64,000 nucleotides of DNA from Pseudomonadota bacterium (GTDB lineage: Bacteria > Pseudomonadota > Alphaproteobacteria > Sphingomonadales > SMXR01), in NCBI GenBank assembly GCA_022574255.1, contig JACZSK010000002.1:11199-75198 (forward strand). Direction: 5' to 3'. Both the position numbers and the translations under genes were made by a program. The notes below the pieces were generated by a model, which saw only the letters and a program-made list of their open reading frames with translations, was not told the origin of the DNA and did not search any database. Positions within the stretch are counted from its first letter, which is position 1, and every line of letters starts with the position of its first letter. Of this stretch, positions 57,699-64,000 are shown in pieces.

Positions 57699-58706
57699 CT
57701 ACCAGTTGGACATCATCGGTGGTCCGTCTTCTTTCTTGTAGCCCAGTGTGCGCCACAGTCTTAGCGTGCCGTCGGTGAGCAACTTCGAGCGCCGCGCCCA
57801 AAACTCGGCTTCCTGCAGCAGGGTGTCGACCAGCGCCGTGCCGTCTTTATCCTTGGTCAGTTCGGCGATCACCTTGTCGGCGCCGGACCAGGCGTTGGCG
57901 ATCAGGTGAATTTGCTGATCCGATATATCCTCATGCACCCGCACGCTGTATCCGGCTGTCGTAACCAGTTCTTTCAACGCTTCCTCGGTTATCGGATAAA
58001 CTTTCCCACGCTCTGATTCCTTCCATTCGAGGTAAGCGTCGCTGGTCACCACGCTCTCACTGCCAAGCACGTAGTCGGTAATCAGGATCAGCCCGTCGGG
58101 CTTCGTGGCCTCAAAGGTCGCGCCCATCAGGCCCTTCTTGTTTTCCACAAGAAAAAGATACTCCTTGGCCAGCACCCGGTCGAACTTGCGGCCGAAATCA
58201 GTGCTGCCATCGGCCACATAAACATGGAGGTCGGCCTTCTTGGACATGCCGGCCTTAAGCGACATCTCGTTGCCGGCCTCAACCAGATGCTCGGATTCCT
58301 CGTAACCCGAAACCCAAACCCCGAATTTATCGGCCAGGGTGCGCGCTGGTCCGCCCAGACCGGCGCCCAGGCACATCATGCTCATCTTGGGGCTGAGGGC
58401 CAGAAGCTTGGACATGGTGACAATATGCTCGGGCCCGCCGGGGCCGCAATAACCCTTACCCCAGATATATTGCGCGATATCCACACGCTTCTCGTTCCAT
58501 GGATCGACGGGGATATCGTCCTTGGGCTTTTTCGCTGTTTTTTCCGGCGCCTCTTTCCTGGGTGCGGCAGGCGGCGCGCTGGCCTCTTCCTCTTGGTTCT
58601 GAGTGGCCAAATAGGCATCCCTGACCTCGTCGGAATCGTAACCTTCCCACCAGGCCTTGAGCTTGAGCTTCAAGGGGATCTTTTCTTTTGCCTCAGTTGC
58701 CATCAA
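57699..58706 (-). CDS. Class I SAM-dependent methyltransferase with a charged low-complexity N-terminal extension
   Basis: MCLGAGLGGPARTLA resembles the motif I glycine-rich loop. The first ~70 aa are rich in K, E, P and A. Confidence 0.6.
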   Translation of the reverse strand: MMATEAKEKIPLKLKLKAWWEGYDSDEVRDAYLATQNQEEEASAPPAAPRKEAPEKTAKKPKDDIPVDPWNEKRVDIAQYIWGKGYCGPGGPEHIVTMSKLLALSPKMSMMCLGAGLGGPARTLADKFGVWVSGYEESEHLVEAGNEMSLKAGMSKKADLHVYVADGSTDFGRKFDRVLAKEYLFLVENKKGLMGATFEATKPDGLILITDYVLGSESVVTSDAYLEWKESERGKVYPITEEALKELVTTAGYSVRVHEDISDQQIHLIANAWSGADKVIAELTKDKDGTALVDTLLQEAEFWARRSKLLTDGTLRLWRTLGYKKEDGPPMMSNW

Positions 58707-58735
58707 TCTCTGTCCGTAAAGGCGTCATACACCGG

Positions 58736-59041
58736 CTAACCGTCCTTTAACATGTGCCCGGTGATGCTCTTCAGCGCGTAGGTCGCCGAGGATTCATCGA
58801 AGTCTACCTGCAGCGCCACGCCGCTGGGCGTGTGCCGCACAACGCGTCCCTTGATCACGTTCCCCTCGCCATCATCCAGCGCTATCTTTGTGCCCACTTC
58901 GGGCTTCTCGGTCGTGGCGATCTGCAGGCCGCCATAGGACACGTCAATGACCTGCACCACATGGGTCACGCCGGCGATGGTCGCCACCGTTGTGCGGCCA
59001 ATATTAAACCGGGTCGTTCTGCGCCGTTCGTCCAAGGCCAT
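58736..59041 (-). CDS. PilZ-domain protein (putative c-di-GMP receptor)
   Basis: RRRTTRF ... DVSYGGLQI matches the RxxxR / DxSxxG PilZ motifs. Start set at MALDERRR. Confidence 0.6.
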   Translation of the reverse strand: MALDERRRTTRFNIGRTTVATIAGVTHVVQVIDVSYGGLQIATTEKPEVGTKIALDDGEGNVIKGRVVRHTPSGVALQVDFDESSATYALKSITGHMLKDG

Positions 59042-59247
59042 CTCCCTTTCCGGGTTGCCCGAAAGCCCGCCAAACCGGGCCTTCACCGGGCATTTCCCGG
59101 CGACCGGGCCTGGTCCACGCGAAAAAGCGCGCGCCAGGCACGAATCTGCGCCAATCATGGCAAACAAACGGTAAAATTAGCGTTTACTTGTCAGGGTCTG
59201 GACTCAATTACCGGTGAGGACTGTGCCGCAGCAAAACTTGCCAGACC

Positions 59248-61653
59248 CTAGCGAAGTCTGGCGCCGGTCGCCTTGGCTGCGGCGGCAACAATGCTCTCTG
59301 CAATGCCCTCGATGTCCGCGTCGGTATAGGTGCGCTCGGTGGGCTCAAGAAGTACGTTGATGGCAATCGACTTCTTGCCTTCTTCAAGACCCTCGCCCTC
59401 GAACACATCGAACACACCAACGCGGCGGATATGGGCCTTGTCGGCTCCGCGGACCGCGCTCACCAAGTCGCCTGCCGTCACCGACCGGTCGACAACAAAA
59501 GCAAAGTCACGCTCCACGCGCTGCAGGTCCGACGCCTCCAGAGCCGCCCGGGTGCGGGTTTTGCGCGCGCGGGGCTGGGGAACAGCGTCCAGATACACTT
59601 CAAAGCCAACGGCCGCGCCGCGCAGTCCCATGGCGTTGCAAATTTTCGGGTGAATCTCGCCATAGACCGCCAGAACCACCTTCGGCCCCAGCCGCAACGT
59701 GCCGGATCGGCCCGGGTGGTACCAATCGGGGGCGTCCCCCATAACCTTCAGCTTGTCCACCGGCGCGCCAGCGGCTTGCAGCGCGGCCAGGGCGTCGGCC
59801 TTGGCGTCGAACAGGTCGGTGGGCCGGGTTTCCGCCGCCCAGTGCCGGGCGCGGCGCGGCCCGGCGCGCAGACCCGCAGCCACCGTTGACTGGCCTGTCG
59901 CCGTGCGATCCCTGTATTGCGGTCCCACCTCGAACAATGCCGGCGTGGATTCACCGCGGTCCTGGTTGCGCTTCGCCGCCGCAAGCAGGTTGGGAATTAT
60001 GGTCGGCCGCATCAGGTCAAGCTCCGAACTGATGGGATTCTCCAGCAGCATCGAGACATTGATCTCGCCAAGCAATTTCGCATCCTCCGACGACATGAAA
60101 GACCAGGTCACGCATTCCACCAGCCCCTCCACCGCCAGGCGCCGCCGCACCGCGCGCACCCGGCGCTGGGCCAGCGACAGCGTCGGTTTGGCCACGGCAC
60201 TGGCGCGGGGCAGGTCAACAACCGGGATGGCGTCATAGCCGTGAACGCGGATGACTTCCTCCACCAGGTCGGCCTGGCCCTCAATATCACAGCGCCAACT
60301 GGGCACCGCAACCTGCCAGCTGCCGGCCTTTGCTTTTTTCGCGCCAAAGCCCAGGCGCTTCAGAATATCAATGGACGCGCTGGCCTCCAGCGCCAGGCCG
60401 CCCAATGTCGCCACGCGGTCGGGGTTGAAGGATATGCTGCGCGCGGTGCCGGGTATTTCGCCGGCGATCACCAGATCGCTGGCCTCGCCGCCGCAAATTT
60501 CCAGTATCAGCGCCGTTGCCTGTTCCATGCCGGGCACCACGAAGGCAGGGTCAACACCGCGCTCAAAGCGATAGCGTGCGTCACTCTCTATGCCCAGCCG
60601 GCGTCCGGTCATGGCCGTGCGCAGGGGGTCGAACAATGCCGCCTCGACAAACACCTCGCTGGTATTCCCGTCACAGCCGGTGCTCTCGCCGCCCATCACG
60701 CCGCCCAGGCCGATGGCGCCGGAATCGTCGGCAATGGCACATTCGGTTCCGCTCAGCTGATAGGTCTCGCCATCCAGCGCCAGTAGTTTTTCGCCCTTTT
60801 CGGCCATGCGCGCGCGAACGTTCCCGGTGAGTTTGCCGACGTCATAAACATGCAGGGGCCGGCCCCGGTCAAAGGTGATGTAGTTGGTAATATCGACCAG
60901 CGCCGATATGGGTCGCAGCCCGACAGCTTTAAGGCGGCGCTGCATCCAGCCGGGGCTGGAGCCGTTGGTTATGCCGCGGACCAGCCGTCCGACGAACAAC
61001 GGACAGGCGTCGGCATGTTCCTTGTCGAAATCCAGGGCCACCTGAACGCTGCTCTTGAATTTGCCCTTCACCGGCTTTGGCGCGGTATCTTTCAGCTTGC
61101 CCATGCCGGCGGCGGCCAGGTCGCGGGCGATGCCATGCACGCCCAGGCAATCCTGCCGGTTGGGGGTGATGGCGATTTCAATCACCGGGTCGTCCAGCCC
61201 GGCCAACGCGGCATAAGACGCGCCGATGGGGGCATCCGCATCCAGCTCGATAATTCCGTCGTGCGCGTCCGACAATTCCATCTCGCGCTCGGAACAGAGC
61301 ATGCCGTTTGACTGGACACCGCGAATTTTGACCGGCTTCAGGTCCAGCCCGGTGCCGGGAATATGGCTGCCCGTTGGCGCGAAAACGCCCTTCATCCCCT
61401 TGCGTGCATTCGGCGCGCCGCAGACCACCTGCAGAATCTCGCTGCCGGTATCCACCTGGCAAACCTGCAACCGGTCGGCATCGGGGTGTTTCTCCGCCTT
61501 CACCACCAGTCCCACAATAAAGGGCGCCAGCGCTTCAGCCGGATCATGGACATCTTCCACCTCCAGACCCAGCGCTGTCAGCTTGTCGGTCAATGCCTCC
61601 AGCGAGGCGTCAAAATCGAGATAATCGCGCAGCCATCCGACGGTGAATTTCAT
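59248..61653 (-). CDS. pheT: Phenylalanine--tRNA ligase beta subunit
   Basis: 801 aa starting [33 protein letters not shown]..., typical of PheT. It overlaps the pheS stop by 4 nt. Confidence 0.95.
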   Translation of the reverse strand: MKFTVGWLRDYLDFDASLEALTDKLTALGLEVEDVHDPAEALAPFIVGLVVKAEKHPDADRLQVCQVDTGSEILQVVCGAPNARKGMKGVFAPTGSHIPGTGLDLKPVKIRGVQSNGMLCSEREMELSDAHDGIIELDADAPIGASYAALAGLDDPVIEIAITPNRQDCLGVHGIARDLAAAGMGKLKDTAPKPVKGKFKSSVQVALDFDKEHADACPLFVGRLVRGITNGSSPGWMQRRLKAVGLRPISALVDITNYITFDRGRPLHVYDVGKLTGNVRARMAEKGEKLLALDGETYQLSGTECAIADDSGAIGLGGVMGGESTGCDGNTSEVFVEAALFDPLRTAMTGRRLGIESDARYRFERGVDPAFVVPGMEQATALILEICGGEASDLVIAGEIPGTARSISFNPDRVATLGGLALEASASIDILKRLGFGAKKAKAGSWQVAVPSWRCDIEGQADLVEEVIRVHGYDAIPVVDLPRASAVAKPTLSLAQRRVRAVRRRLAVEGLVECVTWSFMSSEDAKLLGEINVSMLLENPISSELDLMRPTIIPNLLAAAKRNQDRGESTPALFEVGPQYRDRTATGQSTVAAGLRAGPRRARHWAAETRPTDLFDAKADALAALQAAGAPVDKLKVMGDAPDWYHPGRSGTLRLGPKVVLAVYGEIHPKICNAMGLRGAAVGFEVYLDAVPQPRARKTRTRAALEASDLQRVERDFAFVVDRSVTAGDLVSAVRGADKAHIRRVGVFDVFEGEGLEEGKKSIAINVLLEPTERTYTDADIEGIAESIVAAAAKATGARLR

Positions 61654-62732
61654 CGGCTGAGCCCCCCGCCAAGGGTTGGAATGTCCAGCGCCGCAAAGCC
61701 GTAATGGCGCAGCCAGCGCAGGTCAGAGTCGAAGAAGGCGCGCAGATCGTTCATGCCGTATTTGAGCATCGCCAGCCGGTCGATACCGCAACCGAAGGCA
61801 AAGCCCTGGTAGCGCTCCGGGTCCAGGTCGCAATATTCCAGCACCTTGGGATTGACCATGCCGCAGCCCAGTATTTCCAGCCAGTCGTCGCCCTCGCCGA
61901 CGCGCAGCTCGCCATCTTTGAAGACGCAGCGGATATCCACTTCAGCCGAGGGTTCGGTGAAGGGGAAATAGCTGGGGCGGAAGCGCATCTCCACGTCATC
62001 GACCTCGAAAAAAGCGGAAACGAAGGCCTCCAGGCAGCCTTTCAGATGCCCCATATGGGTTGATTCGTCGATCACCAGCCCTTCAACCTGATGAAACATG
62101 GGCGTGTGGGTGGCGTCTGAATCAGAGCGATAGGTGCGCCCCGGCGCGATAATGCGGATCGGCGGCTTTTGGGAGGACATGGTCCTGATCTGCACCGGCG
62201 ATGTGTGTGTGCGCAGCACCATGCGCTCACCACCCTCCTCGGCGGGCAGATAAAAAGTATCATGCATCTGCCTTGCGGGATGCTCGGGCGGCATGTTCAG
62301 CGCCGTGAAATTGTGAAAATCATCTTCGATGTCGGGGCCCTCGGCAACCGCGAAGCCCATGTCGGCGAAAATCTCGCAAATTTCGTCCAGAACCTGCGAG
62401 ACCGGGTGAATACGGCCCTCGGGACCGGGCCTGACCGGCAGCGAAACGTCCAGGGTCTCTTCCGAGATGCGCGCCGCCAGCGCCGCCGCCTCCAGGTCGG
62501 TTTTGCGCGCCGCGATCATCTCGCCGATCCGGGTTTTCAGGCCGTTCATCAACGGGCCTTCGGTCTGGCGTTCCTCGGGGCTCATCCGCCCGAGAGTTTT
62601 CATCAGATCGGTGATGGCGCCCTTCTTGCCCAGCGCGCGGATGCGCAGCTGCTCCAGCGCGTCAATATCCGCGGCGCCGGTGATGGCGCTGGTCAGTTCC
62701 GTTTCCAGAGTTTCAATTGTTTTCTTGGTCAT
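61650..62732 (-). CDS. pheS: Phenylalanine--tRNA ligase alpha subunit
   Basis: ...[11 protein letters not shown]...[11 protein letters not shown]...[16 protein letters not shown]... are class II aaRS motifs. Start set at [10 protein letters not shown]; the ORF could extend to 62780. Confidence 0.95.
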   Translation of the reverse strand: MTKKTIETLETELTSAITGAADIDALEQLRIRALGKKGAITDLMKTLGRMSPEERQTEGPLMNGLKTRIGEMIAARKTDLEAAALAARISEETLDVSLPVRPGPEGRIHPVSQVLDEICEIFADMGFAVAEGPDIEDDFHNFTALNMPPEHPARQMHDTFYLPAEEGGERMVLRTHTSPVQIRTMSSQKPPIRIIAPGRTYRSDSDATHTPMFHQVEGLVIDESTHMGHLKGCLEAFVSAFFEVDDVEMRFRPSYFPFTEPSAEVDIRCVFKDGELRVGEGDDWLEILGCGMVNPKVLEYCDLDPERYQGFAFGCGIDRLAMLKYGMNDLRAFFDSDLRWLRHYGFAALDIPTLGGGLSR

Positions 62733-62786
62733 GCTGCTACTTCGCGGTGTTCCCCTGGCGCATACAAGCATTTGGCGCATACAAAC

Positions 62787-62818
62787 AAAAGGGGGGCCTT
62801 CAGGAAAGCCCCCTTTTT
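62787..62818 (-). terminator. GC-rich hairpin flanked by A/T runs between rplT and pheS (terminator or attenuator)
   Basis: GGGGGC-cttcaggaaa-GCCCCC, with AAAA on one side and TTTTT on the other. It lies 59 nt after the rplT stop on the minus strand. Confidence 0.55.
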
Positions 62819-62876
62819 AATTTTCCCTTAATCTGGTCCGTACGGGCAGGACCGCGCGGGAGGCCATTCTGGACTA

Positions 62877-63242
62877 TCAGGTCTGTTTGGGGAGGGCTGC
62901 CTGGGCCTTGTCCACCAGCGCTTTGAAGGCGGCCGCTTCGCTCACTGCCAATTCAGCCAGCACTTTGCGATCAACTTCAATTCCGGCCAGCTTCAGGCCG
63001 TGCATAAATCGCCCGTAGATCAGGCCGTGGGCGCGCGACCCGGCATTGATGCGCTGAATCCACAGCGCCCGGAAATTGCGCTTCTTGGTGCGCCTGTCGC
63101 GGTAGGCGTATTGCAGGCTTTTCTCGACAGCCTGCTTGGCCACCCGGATGGTGTTTTTACGACGGCCACGGAATCCCTTGGCCTGTTTGATAACTTTCTT
63201 GTGGCGGGCGTGGCTGGTGACGCCCCTCTTGACGCGTGCCAT
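62877..63242 (-). CDS. rplT: 50S ribosomal protein L20
   Basis: [51 protein letters not shown]... Confidence 0.95.
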   Translation of the reverse strand: MARVKRGVTSHARHKKVIKQAKGFRGRRKNTIRVAKQAVEKSLQYAYRDRRTKKRNFRALWIQRINAGSRAHGLIYGRFMHGLKLAGIEVDRKVLAELAVSEAAAFKALVDKAQAALPKQT

Positions 63243-63285
63243 GATGCGGTCTCCTTGATTCTGGTCTGCGGGCTAGGTCGCCCGG

Positions 63286-63483
63286 CTAGGCATAGGGCAT
63301 GAACTTTTTCACAATCTTGGCGTCTGGCTTGGACAGGTTTGCCTTGCCACGCAAATTGCGAATTTGCTTGTTCGTGCGTTTGATCATGCCGTGTTGCTTG
63401 CCACGTTGCGCCGCGCGGACCTTGCCGCTGGCGGTCAGCGAGAATCGCTTCTTGGCACCGCTCTTCGTCTTCATTTTGGGCAT
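63286..63483 (-). CDS. rpmI: 50S ribosomal protein L35
   Basis: [46 protein letters not shown]... (65 aa). The longer ORF reaching 63813 is an artefactual extension. Confidence 0.9.
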   Translation of the reverse strand: MPKMKTKSGAKKRFSLTASGKVRAAQRGKQHGMIKRTNKQIRNLRGKANLSKPDAKIVKKFMPYA

Positions 63484-63709
63484 TTGCATTCCTTTTTTAC
63501 TGGTTTTATCTGGCCGGGCCTGGACCCGGCGGGTGTTGAACGCTTCTGGACGGCCTCGGCATGCCCTACATGGCCGGACCATCCGTTCAGGAGCGGCGTT
63601 ATAGCTGGCGGACCGTGGTCTGGCAAGCTTTTCCGGCGGCGACGACCGAGATATTTCCGGGCGAACTCGGCGCTTGCCTGGGCCCCGCCTATGCTGTCTG
63701 ATCGCGGCG

Positions 63710-64000
63710 ATGTCTGCATATAAATTTGCCGCCAGGATTCTGGCCTTTTTGGCGCTGACGCTGGTTCTGGTGGCGGCGTACCCGCTTGTGCCACAGGCGA
63801 GTGCAGAAGACACCCCGTCACCCTTGTTGTGGAAGGTCGAGAAGGGCGGCGCGACGCTCTATCTGTTCGGCACCTTTCACCTGCTGCAGCCCGACACCCG
63901 CTGGCTGAATTCCGGCATCACCGAAGCGCTGGATTCGGCTGACGAACTGGTGCTGGAAATAACCGAAGAGCAGGCCGACGTGAATCTTGTCGCCTTTCTC
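63710..64000 (+). CDS. TraB/GumN-family protein, N-terminal part; runs off the window edge
   Basis: Absent from the ORF track because there is no stop in the window. [62 protein letters not shown]... is a signal peptide followed by the LW.V....(Y)L(F)GT(I/F)H motif. Confidence 0.55.
   Translation, partial: MSAYKFAARILAFLALTLVLVAAYPLVPQASAEDTPSPLLWKVEKGGATLYLFGTFHLLQPDTRWLNSGITEALDSADELVLEITEEQADVNLVAFL

Noticed and set aside
63484-63813. 175-aa extended ORF upstream of rpmI
   Set aside because: L35 is ~65 aa and starts at [14 protein letters not shown]. The upstream extension matches no family and overlaps the promoter region shared with the divergent TraB/GumN gene.

Overview
The window looks like chromosomal DNA from an alphaproteobacterium, judged from the L20, L35, PheST and LepA sequences; a marine origin is only a guess. 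G+C appears moderate to high by eye and was not computed. Gene order, left to right: (1) A truncated panE, then sqdB. (2) A beta-helix::cytochrome c fusion next to a di-haem CCP/MauG peroxidase, preceded by a decayed EncFtn-like ORF. (3) yjcH and actP. (4) A complete route from 4-hydroxybenzoate through protocatechuate to 4,5-meta-cleavage: pobA, ligAB, ligC, ligI, a PrpF-type tautomerase, a PIG-L-type hydratase and ligK, plus a LysR regulator that carries two tandem HTH domains. (5) An operon of an rdhA-like reductive dehalogenase, a nitroreductase and marR, with a perfect 11-4-11 palindrome upstream. (6) A divergent pair of gene sets: tetR-ubiX-ALDH-DUF2390-DUF3179 on one strand and ubiD-amidohydrolase-BASS transporter on the other. 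(7) An accessory block: a TonB receptor, an IS6-family element, a Tat-lipoprotein amidase, four flavin-dependent halogenase paralogues (three in tandem), a sulfotransferase, a second TonB receptor and an S9 peptidase. (8) An ALDH pseudogene and a small integrase/excisionase islet next to tRNA-Ser(GGA). (9) Core genes lepA, a methyltransferase, a PilZ protein, pheST, rplT and rpmI, then a truncated TraB/GumN gene. The best candidate for an undescribed system is the halogenase / TonB receptor / sulfotransferase / amidase / peptidase block. It lies in the same window as a catabolic-type reductive dehalogenase and an aromatic ring-cleavage pathway. All functional calls come from reading motifs and remembering protein families. 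No database search was run.
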